Shown: positions 1-10,000 of the stretch, one piece after another | How the letters are laid out: every line of letters begins with the position of its first letter | Position numbering within the stretch: position 1 is the stretch's first letter | Source: Candidatus Bathyarchaeota archaeon | Lineage (GTDB): Archaea; Thermoproteota; Bathyarchaeia; TCS64 | Direction: 5' to 3' | Assembly: GCA_963771885.1 (NCBI GenBank) | Contig: CAVYVF010000023.1 | Coordinates: 288,001 to 352,000, forward strand | Length of the DNA stretch: 64,000 nucleotides | Translations under genes and position numbers: made by a program | Notes under the pieces: model-generated | Database searches by the model: none | Told to the model about the DNA's origin: nothing | The model's input: only the letters and a program-made list of their open reading frames with translations

Positions 1-2
1 CC

Positions 3-1874
3 TACGACAGGGAAAGGACCCACATGCGCGGCTTCCCTATGTGCGAGGACTGTGTGACCGACTACAGGAACCCACTTGACAGGCGGTTCGACGCCCAGGG
101 GATAACCTGCAGTGTCTGCGGCCCAAAGATGAGTCTGCTCGACGCCTCGGGGCAGCGAATGGGAGTCACCGACGTCTTCTCAGAGGCCTCGAAGCTACTA
201 AGAGAAGGGCACGTCGTCGCCGTCAAGGGCATTGGGGGCTTCCATATCGCCGCCCTAGCCACCGAGGATGACACTGTGGCAAAGCTCAGGGCACGGAAGA
301 ACCGTCCCTACCAGCCATTCGCCCTGATGGCACCCGACATAAGCGCCGTCAGGAGATTCGCCGAACCCGACGAGAACGAGTCGAAGGCGCTAGTCTCTTG
401 GCAGAAGCCGATAGTCCTCATCAGGAGGAAAGAGGAGGTCATTTCGGAGCTCGTCGCCCCCGGATTGAGCCGTGTTGGCGTAATGTTGCCCTACACAGGG
501 ATACAGGTGATGCTCTTCAAGCGTCTGGGGTTGCCCGCTCTCATTATGACGAGTGGCAACAGGTCGGGATTGCCTATGGCGACGACGAACGAAGCCGCGC
601 TGAGCGAGCTGCGGGGCATCGCCGACTATTTCCTCGTTCACGAAAGGGAGATCGTGAACAGGTGTGACGATTCGCTTTTGAGGATTAATGGAGAAAGAGT
701 CGCCTTCATACGCAGATCGCGTGGATACGTACCTGATCCTGTGGAAATTCCAATCAAAAAAGGGGTATCATTCGCAGTCGGGACCGAGCAGAGTAACGTC
801 GCCGCGATCACTCTCAACGGTAAATGTTATCAAACGCAATATTTAGGTGATATATCCAACCTCGAGTCCTTCGACTACGAGAAAACAGCCATCTACACTA
901 TGCGTGACCTTCTGAAAATCACATGTAACCCCGATGTGATTGCCTGTGACCAACATCCAGGTTACATGACATCACAGTTGGCCGAGGTGATATCACAAGA
1001 GACAGGGTCGCAAATCACAAAGTCACAGCACCATCACGCCCACATAGTCTCAGTGTGCGCTGAGAACGGAGTAAAACCAGACGAAACAGTCGTGGGAATA
1101 GCGCTAGATGGTGCGGGATACGGTCCTGACGGTACGATCTGGGGTGGAGAAGTGCTAATTTCGACGTATTTTAGCTATAAAAGGGCAGGTCATCTGCAAA
1201 ATCTACCTATGCCGGGAGGCGATCAATGCGCATACAGCCCATACAGGATGCTGATCTCAGCCCTGACCCTCACCTTGAGTGACGAAGAGATACGTGATAT
1301 CACGAAGAATCACATATCACAAGCGTTAGTTAACGGTCATGATGAGCTCAACGTGATACTCCATGAGGCACGGACGAAAAACGTTTCAAAAACTTCGAGT
1401 TCTGGCCGTTATCTCGACTCAATTGCTTCACTTCTTGGCTTGACATATCGCAGAACCTACGAAGGTGAACCCGCGATGAGACTAGAGTCACTGGCTGAAC
1501 TTGGAAACCCTGAAAACATACAAATAGAACCGAAAATCAGTCTCAACAAGGATATTCGAGTGCTTAACACGGCTAATATCCTCAATTACCTGACAATATA
1601 CCAAAATAAGCTTAAAAAACAAGATATTGCGGCATTTGCCCAAAAATATCTCGCCGTTGGTATATCGAATATTGCAATCGAGATAGCACAAGCAGAACAC
1701 ATAGATACAGTGGTAATATCTGGCGGAGTCTTCGTAAACCAGTACATATCTAATACAATCGTCAAAACTCTCGAAAAAAACGGAGTAAAAGTATTAGTTA
1801 ATAAAAAAACCGCACCTGGAGATGGTGGTTCAGCTTTAGGACAATCGTGTATAGCCCTTGCATCTGTGATTTAG
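3..1874 (+). CDS. hypF: Hydrogenase maturation carbamoyltransferase HypF (5' truncated by window edge)
   Basis: FPMCxxC...RRFDAQGITCxxCGP Zn finger, AVKGIGGFH, MTSGN, NRCDDS, QHHHAH, LDGxGYG..WGGE, TSSxGR, SGGVFxN, PGDGGxxLGQ motifs; frame is open back to the window start. Confidence 0.96.
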   Translation, partial: YDRERTHMRGFPMCEDCVTDYRNPLDRRFDAQGITCSVCGPKMSLLDASGQRMGVTDVFSEASKLLREGHVVAVKGIGGFHIAALATEDDTVAKLRARKNRPYQPFALMAPDISAVRRFAEPDENESKALVSWQKPIVLIRRKEEVISELVAPGLSRVGVMLPYTGIQVMLFKRLGLPALIMTSGNRSGLPMATTNEAALSELRGIADYFLVHEREIVNRCDDSLLRINGERVAFIRRSRGYVPDPVEIPIKKGVSFAVGTEQSNVAAITLNGKCYQTQYLGDISNLESFDYEKTAIYTMRDLLKITCNPDVIACDQHPGYMTSQLAEVISQETGSQITKSQHHHAHIVSVCAENGVKPDETVVGIALDGAGYGPDGTIWGGEVLISTYFSYKRAGHLQNLPMPGGDQCAYSPYRMLISALTLTLSDEEIRDITKNHISQALVNGHDELNVILHEARTKNVSKTSSSGRYLDSIASLLGLTYRRTYEGEPAMRLESLAELGNPENIQIEPKISLNKDIRVLNTANILNYLTIYQNKLKKQDIAAFAQKYLAVGISNIAIEIAQAEHIDTVVISGGVFVNQYISNTIVKTLEKNGVKVLVNKKTAPGDGGSALGQSCIALASVI

Positions 1875-2775
1875 TGTGATATCACACCACTTTAAGCTTC
1901 GTCGGCCGTGCCATCAACTCGATTCCTTCAGTTAACTCATCCTCGATCCGCTTGAGCAATCGCCCTAGAAACCTTAGGACCCGATTTTTCTACAGCCGTA
2001 AGATAATCCCTCAATTTTTCGACGAGATTTTGGTACTCCTCAAAGGGTTTTGCATCGAAGACCCCAACGTAGCTAAGTAAAACTATAGTGAATATTGAAG
2101 ATATCACTCGCCTCCTTCCCTGCCCTAATGTACGGCTAAATGAGCCCCGACTCACCTTTTTGTTCCTATAAATGACCTTATTTTTAAATGGTACCTTTTC
2201 CTCAGACATTACGTCAATTAAAAGATCAATCATCAGTGTTTCAAATTGAATCTTCGTTAAATTGCTGTTTTTAAGTAACAAGTCTGTAATTGGGTCTTGA
2301 AACGCTTTTTGGATTATATTTTGGGCTTCTTCAGGTGATTCCATTGCATCGCCTCAATACAGAGTTGATTACGCCAAATGATACCATTGTATACAATACT
2401 GTATGCCGTATCAATCTTTTGTTTTCACCAGTCAACAACGTCTATTACTGCTTTAAGGAAAGCGGATCGCGTTTTCTAGGTATATAACATAAAAAATCAT
2501 TATAAATTAGCTAAAAATACATCAGGCACTGTTTAAATCCGCCAAATAACACCCTCACAAACAATGATCACTATAGAGCAATTACAGATCGACCCCGACA
2601 AAACCCTGGCAAAGATCGCTAAATTCATAAAAAATGCTTTAAAAAGAGCACACCAAGACGGTGTTGTCATAGCTGTAAGCGGCGGAATCGACTCAGCAGT
2701 AGCACTAGCCGCATCTGTAAGAGTCCTGGGACCGGACAAGATCACGGCGCTCACCCTTCCCGAACGTGATATCAC
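987..2775. repeat. Dispersed array of palindromic GTGATATCAC sites (987-996, 1294-1303, 1876-1885, 2766-2775)
   Basis: Four exact 10-bp palindromes read directly; extended to CGTGATATCACG at 1293-1304 and 2765-2776 and to GTGTGATATCACAC at 1874-1887. Confidence 0.9.
1882..2344 (-). CDS. Hypothetical protein, putative helix-turn-helix DNA-binding protein (ORF 1937-2344; probable +1 frameshift near 1958 extends it to stop at 1882)
   Basis: LTKIQFETL...VSRGSFSRTLGQGRRRV resembles the LuxR/HTH_10-type pattern LTxRQxExL...iSxxxxSxxLxxAxxkl; removing one base restores the helical tail MLKRIEDELTEGIELMARPTKLKVV*. Confidence 0.7.
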
Positions 2776-3358
2776 GCCTCAGGCAGACGTACAGGATGTG
2801 ATGGAACTCTGTGAGGCATTTGAAGTCACGTGTGAGCACGTTGAAATCACGCCGATGTTACACGTGATGCGGAAAAACATCCCCAAATTCGACCCAGACG
2901 ACCGCGTCGTCTACGGAAACATGAAAGCGCGCCTTAGGATGCTCCTCGCCTACTACTACGCCAACAAACGCAAGTCCATGGTCATGGGAACATCAAATAA
3001 AACCGAGCTTTACCTAGGCTATTTCACTAAATACGGTGACGGCGGAGTCGACATCATGCCTTTCGCCGACCTCTACAAGTGCCAGATCAGGACACTGGGC
3101 AGGCACCTGGGAGTACCAAAGAGTATCACCGAAAAGCCGGCTTCGGCTCGCCTCTGGGCAGGACAGGACACAGAGAAGGACATCGGACTACCCTACAACA
3201 GCATGGACCTTATCGTCCACACCCACTTGTTGGGCTGGGAACCAGCCAAGATTGCCGCCGAGATAGGCATAGACCAGCGCAGTGTAGAGGGGATAATAAC
3301 CAGGATAGCAGCCAACAAGCACAAACGTCGCTCTCCGGCAATCTTAAGACTAAGCTAA
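2564..3358 (+). CDS. nadE: NH3-dependent NAD+ synthetase
   Basis: SGGIDSAV, GNMKARLRM, GTSNKTE..GYFTKYGDG, DLYKxQIR, PASARLW motifs. Confidence 0.96.
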   Translation: MITIEQLQIDPDKTLAKIAKFIKNALKRAHQDGVVIAVSGGIDSAVALAASVRVLGPDKITALTLPERDITPQADVQDVMELCEAFEVTCEHVEITPMLHVMRKNIPKFDPDDRVVYGNMKARLRMLLAYYYANKRKSMVMGTSNKTELYLGYFTKYGDGGVDIMPFADLYKCQIRTLGRHLGVPKSITEKPASARLWAGQDTEKDIGLPYNSMDLIVHTHLLGWEPAKIAAEIGIDQRSVEGIITRIAANKHKRRSPAILRLS

Positions 3359-3389
3359 CCCCCTACGATAACACTTAGGAGACACGTCC

Positions 3390-3641
3390 ATGGGAAGAAG
3401 AAGGAAGAAAGAAGAGAAGATCATCAGGAAGACGCTGCCGGAGCTCTTCCTCTGCCCCAACTGCGCCAAAAACTCCATAAAAGTCACCATAGATCCCAAG
3501 AACAACCTCGCCGGCATCCGCTGCAGCGCATGCGGCCTCCATGGACGAATAGTAATCGAGCCGAACACCGCCCCCGTGGACGCCTACAGCACCTTCGTCG
3601 ACAAGTACTACGAGGAAGGGGCGACCCAGAAGGTTGGCTAA
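3390..3641 (+). CDS. elf1: Transcription elongation factor Elf1-like Zn-ribbon protein
   Basis: MGRRRKK start, FxCPxC...CxxCG, PVDAYSTFVD. Confidence 0.9.
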   Translation: MGRRRKKEEKIIRKTLPELFLCPNCAKNSIKVTIDPKNNLAGIRCSACGLHGRIVIEPNTAPVDAYSTFVDKYYEEGATQKVG

Positions 3642-4377
3642 GGTAGAGGAATACCTCCAGAAGCGCATCAGGGAGGAGGGCTGCATACACATGACCCTCC
3701 TCGACCCCGAGAAAAAGTCGGGCTACGACTGCGCGGCCATCGCAAAGCAGGCCGAGACAGGTGGTACTGCAGCCATAATGGTTGGCGGGAGCACCGTCGC
3801 CTCAGGCGTCGAGATGGAGGACGCTGTCAAGCGCATCAAAGCTATAGTTAAGCTCCCCGTCATCATCTTCCCCAACAACATCGCCAGCATCACCGGAGCA
3901 GCCGACGCCATCTGGTTCATGAGCCTCCTCAACAGCTCCAACACATACTACCTCATCGACAGCCAAGCTATCGGCGCACCCATGGTGAAGAAACTCGGCA
4001 TCGAGTCTCTGCCGATGGGCTACATAATCATAGGCTACGGTGGCGCAGCAGGCTACGTCGGCCAGGCACGCGTCATCCCATACGAGCGCCCAGAACTCGC
4101 CGTCGCTTATGCTTCGGCAGCAGAGCTTCTAGGTATGCGCTACATCTACCTCGAAGCCGGCTCAGGGGCGCCACAGCCAGTAACGCCACAGATGATAGCC
4201 GCCGTCCGTAAATACTGCAGCGGCACACTCATCGTCGGCGGGGGCATACGCGACCCCAAGGCTGCGGTAGCCGCCAAGAAGGCGGGGGCACAAATAATCG
4301 TCACCGGCACGCTCGTCGAGGAAGAGGCGAAGGTCACGGAGCGCATCTCCGAGATCACCAAGGCCCTCAAGGCCTAA
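3634..4377 (+). CDS. Geranylgeranylglyceryl phosphate synthase
   Basis: HMTLLDPEK, IMVGGST, FMSLLNS, YLEAGSGA, VGGGIR, IVTGT motifs. Confidence 0.95.
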   Translation: MAKVEEYLQKRIREEGCIHMTLLDPEKKSGYDCAAIAKQAETGGTAAIMVGGSTVASGVEMEDAVKRIKAIVKLPVIIFPNNIASITGAADAIWFMSLLNSSNTYYLIDSQAIGAPMVKKLGIESLPMGYIIIGYGGAAGYVGQARVIPYERPELAVAYASAAELLGMRYIYLEAGSGAPQPVTPQMIAAVRKYCSGTLIVGGGIRDPKAAVAAKKAGAQIIVTGTLVEEEAKVTERISEITKALKA

Positions 4378-4412
4378 GCCTATTATCCCGCCGACGCAGT
4401 TACCTTTTCGAT

Positions 4413-7400
4413 TTGAGCCAGCTCCGCATGACCCCAGAGTACAGGGCATACTTCGACGAGTTAGAGGCGAAGCTGGCTAAGCTATACGAGATCGCAGGCG
4501 AGGCGAGGAAAAAGGGCTTCGATGCCTCCACCGAGGTCGAGGCTCAGATCACGCGGGACATCGCGGAGCGAGTCGAGAAGATGCTCGGCCCACCTGGCCT
4601 CACGGCGCGCATGCGCGAGCTTGAGGGCATGGACCGCCGAGAGATGGCCTTCAAGATCGCGGAGGAGATCACCCTCGGACGCTTCGGCAGCTTAGAGAAG
4701 GAAAAGGCCGCCGACCAGGCGATACGCACCGCCCTCGCCATAATGACTGAGGGCGTAACCGTCGCCCCAATCGAGGGCCTCCCAAAGATATGCATAAAGC
4801 CCAACCCCGACCGCACACAATACCTGAGCCTCTACTTCGCCGGCCCCATACGCCCCGCCGGAGGCACAGCCCAGGCGATGACCCTCGTCGTCGCTGACCA
4901 TGTCCGCAAGAAGCTCGGCCTAGAGAAGTTCCAGCCAAGCGAGAACCAGGTCCAGCGCTTCGTCGAGGAAGTGCGCCTCTACGAGCGCACCGTTCGCCGC
5001 TTCCAGTACCACACCACCGACGAGGACCTCGAGGCAGCAATACGCCAGATACCTGTCGAGGCCACGGGAGTCGCCACCGATCCCTTCGAGGTGAGCAACT
5101 ACCGAGACGTCGCCGGTATTGAGACGAACAGGCTCCGCGGCGGCGCCCTCATCGTCGTCGTGGATGGCGTCGTTGGACGCGCAAGGAAACTCCACGGCGC
5201 CTGCGACAAGCTCGGCATCACCGGCTGGGAGTGGCTCCTCAAGATGGGGAGGAAGAAGAAGGTCGAGGGTGAGGTCAAGGCGGAGCCCACTGCCGCCTTC
5301 ATGGATGAGATAATTGTTGGTCGCCCTGTCTTCAGCTTCCCCGGGGCGATAGGGGGTTTCCGACTCCGCTACGGCAGGGCGCGCAACACGGGGCTCGCAG
5401 CCTCTGGCGTACACCCAGCAGCCATGGTCGTGCTCAACAAGTTCCTCGCCACGGGCGTTCAAATGAGAACAGAGCTACCGGGTAAGTCCGCCGCCACTTG
5501 CCCCGTCGACTCAATAGAGCCGCCAGTAGTGCGCCTCAAAGACGGCTCGGTACAGAGAGTAGAGACAGAAGCCGAGGCCGAGCTCCTCCTCCCCCAGATA
5601 AACAGGATAATCTTCCTCGGCGACTACCTCAGCAACGCCGGTGACTTCATCCAGAACAACAAGGCCCTACTCCCAACGGGGTACGACGAGAACCAGTGGG
5701 TGCAGGACCTCAACGCCTCATGCGCGAGGCTCGGCGAGGACGCCGCCATAAGCCTCACGGGGCTCCTCTCAGAGAGGATTAGGTTCCTCAAGTCGAGCCC
5801 CCTCAACCGCCCGACTGTGGATGAGGCGCTCGCAGTCACGGCTATGGACGTCCCCATACACCCGAGGTGGAACTATCACTGGTCCGCCCTCACGAAAGAC
5901 GAATCTACTAGCCTTCCGCAACACACTCGCCACCGAGTACAACCCTGAGTCCACCGAGTACCCAAACATCCCCGAGATCAAAGCGCCCCTCGAGGCACTG
6001 CTCCTGCCCCACAAGGTTCGCGGCGGCAAACTCGACCTCGGTGAGGACGCCCGCGTGTTAGCGAGGACCCTCAACCTAGGCCAGAGATACACGGAGGTCA
6101 AGGGCGAGAAGCCGATTGAGGTCGTGAACTACTTCGCCGGGTTCCCCGTACGGGAGAAGGTAGGGGTATTTGTCGGAGCCCGCATGGGGCGCCCTGAGAA
6201 GGCGAAGGAGCGTCGCATGGCCCCCTACGTCCACAGCCTCTACCCCGTCGGTGAGGCAGGCGGCCCCCAGAGGGACATACTCAAGGCAGAGAAGGGCAAA
6301 ACGGTCAGGATCGAGCTCAGTCAGCGGGAGTGCCTCACCTGTGGCGAGATAGGCAGCACCACCGTCTGCCAGAACTGCGGGGGAGAGACCAAAGAGATAC
6401 GCAGGTGCAGCCGCTGCGGACTCCGATTCGAGGGTGAGCGGTGCCCCCAGTGCCGATCCGAGATCGTCTCCTACACAGGCGTCGATGTAGACCTGAAGGA
6501 CGAGCTCGAGGCGGCGCGCAAAGCGATCGGCGGACAGCTACCGGCGCGCGTCAAGTGCGTGAAGAGGCTAATGAACGCGACGAGGACGCCAGAGAACCTC
6601 GCCAAAGGCATACTCCGTGCCCGTTACGACCTTAGCGTCTTCAAGGACGGCACGCTCCGCTTCGACCTTACCGATATACCCCTCACACACTTCAGACCCA
6701 ACGAGGTCTTCGTCCCCGTTGAGAGGCTCAGGAGCCTCGGCTACACCCATGACACGCATGGCGCACCCCTAGAGCGCCCCGACCAGATGCTTGAGCTCAA
6801 GGTGCAGGACGTAATACTCCCCGAGGACTGCGGCGACTACCTCCTCAAGGCATCCAAGTTCCTCGATGACCAGCTACGCGACTTCTACGGGATGCAGCCG
6901 TACTACAACGCAAAGAGTCGGAACGACCTCGTGGGCTGCCTGCTCCTTGGCCTGGCGCCGCACACCTCCGCCGCCATAACAGGGCGCCTCATTGGCTTCA
7001 CGAAGGTACGCAACCAGTACGCTCACCCCCTTTGGCACGCTGCGAAGAGGAGGAACTGCGACGGCGATGAGGACGCAGTCATGTTAGCGCTCGACCCGCT
7101 GCTCAACTTCAGTAAAGCCTACCTGCCACAGCAGAGCGGTGGCCAGATGGACGCGCCTCTATTTATCATCCCCACGATGAACCCGAGCGAGGTTGATAAG
7201 GAGGCGCACAACGTCGACGTGAACAGCAGCTACCCACCGGAGTTCTACAAGCTTTGCTCGGAGGGGGCGGGGAGCGGCCAGTACGGCGCCTTAGTCGACA
7301 CGATCGGGGCACGCCTCGGCACCGAGGCCCAGTTCGAGGGTATAAGTTACACCGAGGAGTGCAGCGACATAAACCTCGGCAGCTTCCACGGCGCTTATAA

Positions 7401-7851
7401 CACACTCACCACGATGGTGGAGAAGCTCGACAGCCAGCTAGAGCTCGCCCAGAAGCTACGCGCCGTCGACGCCAAGCAGGTTGCCCTTAAGATCCTCAAC
7501 AGTCACTTCATGAAGGACATCGTCGGGAACCTTCGTGCTTTCACCAGCCAGACCTTCCGCTGCACAAAGTGCAACAGGAAGTATAGGCGTCCCCCGCTCG
7601 CCGGGAAGTGCCTGCGCTGCGGCGGCACCATACAGATGACCGTCCACAAGGGCGGCATCGAGAAGTACCTCAAGCCCGCCCTCGACATGGTGAAGAAGTA
7701 CGAGCTCGACCCATACTACGTCGACCGCCTCGAGCTAGTAAAGCTGGAGATGAGCCAGATATTCGTCGAAGAGGCTGTCCCCGAGGAGACATCGAAGCAG
7801 TTCAGCCTCACCGACTTCATGCGGTCGTCTGCAAAGAAGCCCGCACAGTAA
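4413..7851 (+). CDS. polC: DNA polymerase D large subunit DP2; split into ORFs 4413-5948 and 5821-7851 by an apparent +1 frameshift near 5902
   Basis: YFAGPIRxAGGTAQ, GRPVF..GGFRLRYGRxRNTG, GARMGRPEK, HAAKRRNCDGDED catalytic motif and C-terminal CxxC...CxxC; no intein seen. Confidence 0.95.
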
Positions 7852-7891
7852 CCCTTTTAGGGGGAATTGCCTGTATCTGGGACGATAATCC

Positions 7892-8077
7892 ATGAGCGGT
7901 AGGAAGAAGAAAGATGGCTCAGCTGGAATGCCTCAAAGCAGCGCTGGACTAATGAGGTTCTTCCAGGATGAGACGAACGGCCCCAAGATCAGGCCAGAGT
8001 TCGTCGTCGGCGGCGCAGCTGTACTCATCGTCGTCGTGCTCGTCGCAAGAATATTCTTCGCCGGACTCGTCTTTTAG
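7892..8077 (+). CDS. secG: Preprotein translocase subunit Sec61beta
   Basis: SSAGLMRFFQDE..GPKIxPE followed by one TM helix. Confidence 0.92.
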   Translation: MSGRKKKDGSAGMPQSSAGLMRFFQDETNGPKIRPEFVVGGAAVLIVVVLVARIFFAGLVF

Positions 8078-8132
8078 GGCGAGACTTTTAACCACCACCC
8101 GGCATACAACTTCCAGCTAGGTAGGGTCGACT

Positions 8133-9911
8133 CTGTCGGAAAGCCGGGAAGCAATCAGCAACATCGTCGACTACTACTCATACCTTGTGACGTTTCCTTC
8201 CCGCCTCGTGATGGTCGCATCCGTCCTCGCCGCGACGAGCGTCACGGGGGCCGCGAGCTTCACACTCGCGATGGGCTGGACGGCGGCGCGGCAGGGTTTC
8301 ATTTTCGGCCTCCTCGGACTCGCCGTGCCCCTCATCGCATCCGACGTGCTAACGGGGCTGTTCTACAGGGACGACCCCCTCCTTTCGCCGAGGCGTGTGA
8401 ACATAGTGTCTTTCGTCTGGAGCATCGCCGGTGGCGCCTTACTAGTGGCTGTAGGGGCGATCGCCGGCTTCCTTGATGCACCCGACCTACTCCTGCGGGG
8501 CATACTCCTGACGATATACTCCTCGGCCTCACTTCGTTTTCTCATCTACGCCGTCTTCTCAACCCGCGGAGCCGGGAGGACAGCGTTGGGTATATCCATC
8601 CAACCGGTACTCCTCGCTGCGGTATCATACATGCTCATACCCTCCATCTGGGAGGCGCCGCCATTCGTCATCGTGGCGGTACTGGGACTGACACTGCTCG
8701 GCCCCGCGATTTTGTTGATCCAGATCAGGAAGTGGGTCTTCGGCGATGGCTCGATAAAGATAATCCCTCTCTTCCGGGCATTTATCTACGCTTGGGCTGA
8801 GCAGCACAGTGAGCCCCTTGAGGAGCAGCTCGCCGCCGTATCGGAGACGGCGCGACTTGAGATCGATGAGTTGACGTTCACGGACTCGTCCGGGGCGTCC
8901 GTAGGGAGTCTTGTCGCCCCATATATTCACCCTGGCCCCTTCAGGAACGTCGGTAGCAGCGGCCTGAGCCTCTCACTCACGGAGGGACTCGGGGAGGGGG
9001 CGGTCGTAATCCACGGCGTGTCAAGCCACGAGAAGGACGTAACACGCAGTGACGATATAGCGAGACTGGTCTCAGCTGTGATGTCTGCTGAGAGAGGAGC
9101 CGCGTCTCCAACCTGCACGCCGATGGCACTCGCCGAGGTCGAGGGAGCAAAAGCGTCCTGCCAGATATTCGGTGAAGCCGCCGTATTCACCCTCACGCTC
9201 AGCCCTAAGAGCCACGACGACATACCCGACGCCGCGAAGGACCGCATAAGGGAAGCTACATCGACCCGCGGACTTGTGGCGGTCGTCGCCGACGCCCACA
9301 ACTGCTTTAATCACGACGACCTACTCGATGACGCTGATATCGAGAACCTCGTCGCTGCCGCCGCGACGGCGCTGGAGAAGGCTTTGAGTCTACCAAAGGC
9401 GCACTTCAGGGTTGGCGTCGCGCGTGTGCGCCCCGAGGAGTGGGGGCTTAACGAGGGCATGGGCCCCTGCGGGATCGCGGTCGTCATCATTGAGACGACC
9501 GTAGGAAAGAATGCCTACATCGTCTTCGATACTAACAACATGATCCCGGGCTTCCGCGAGGAGATACTCACCCACGTTTCCAAACTCGGCTTCTACTCCG
9601 AGGCGATGACCTCGGATACGCACCTCGTGAACGCGATAGGCGCCACAGACAGGGGTTACCATCCCGCTGGCGAAGTTATGGATCACAGCAGAGTGTTATT
9701 TTACATCGATGAGTTACTCAAAGTGGAGACGGAGCCGGCACAGGCGGCTTTCACTCGTGTCGTCGTGGACGGAGTGCCGATTATTGGGCACAGGGGTATA
9801 GAGCTGCTCAGAGGGGTGGTGAAGACGAGTTTCAGGGTCTTCATAAGGACCGCCGCCGCAGCGCTCCCTCTGACCTTCCTTGCCGCCATCGCCGTGGCCC
9901 TTCTCGCCTAG
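8133..9911 (+). CDS. DUF2070 family membrane protein (probable CTG start at 8133, upstream of the ORF-track start at 8187)
   Basis: N-terminal TM helices, HPGPFRNVGSS, HGxxxHxxD, DAHN, DxNNM, TSDTH motifs. Confidence 0.85.
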   Translation: MSESREAISNIVDYYSYLVTFPSRLVMVASVLAATSVTGAASFTLAMGWTAARQGFIFGLLGLAVPLIASDVLTGLFYRDDPLLSPRRVNIVSFVWSIAGGALLVAVGAIAGFLDAPDLLLRGILLTIYSSASLRFLIYAVFSTRGAGRTALGISIQPVLLAAVSYMLIPSIWEAPPFVIVAVLGLTLLGPAILLIQIRKWVFGDGSIKIIPLFRAFIYAWAEQHSEPLEEQLAAVSETARLEIDELTFTDSSGASVGSLVAPYIHPGPFRNVGSSGLSLSLTEGLGEGAVVIHGVSSHEKDVTRSDDIARLVSAVMSAERGAASPTCTPMALAEVEGAKASCQIFGEAAVFTLTLSPKSHDDIPDAAKDRIREATSTRGLVAVVADAHNCFNHDDLLDDADIENLVAAAATALEKALSLPKAHFRVGVARVRPEEWGLNEGMGPCGIAVVIIETTVGKNAYIVFDTNNMIPGFREEILTHVSKLGFYSEAMTSDTHLVNAIGATDRGYHPAGEVMDHSRVLFYIDELLKVETEPAQAAFTRVVVDGVPIIGHRGIELLRGVVKTSFRVFIRTAAAALPLTFLAAIAVALLA

Positions 9912-10000
9912 CGCTTCGGCGGTAAGTACTCCCACGTGCGGCAACCGTCACTCCTTTTATCCTAGGTGGAGCAGACTAGACCTCGAAGAGGGTGAAGTGG

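Noticed and set aside
987..2775. GTGATATCAC as the Thermococcales glycolytic motif (TATCAC-N5-GTGATA) or as a CRISPR repeat
   Set aside because: Half-sites are in the opposite order with no spacer and are not at promoters; copies are too short and irregularly spaced for CRISPR.
5821..5948. Naturally split DP2, intein or programmed frameshift
   Set aside because: No intein motifs or slippery heptamer seen; one extra A explains it and matches six other +1 insertions.
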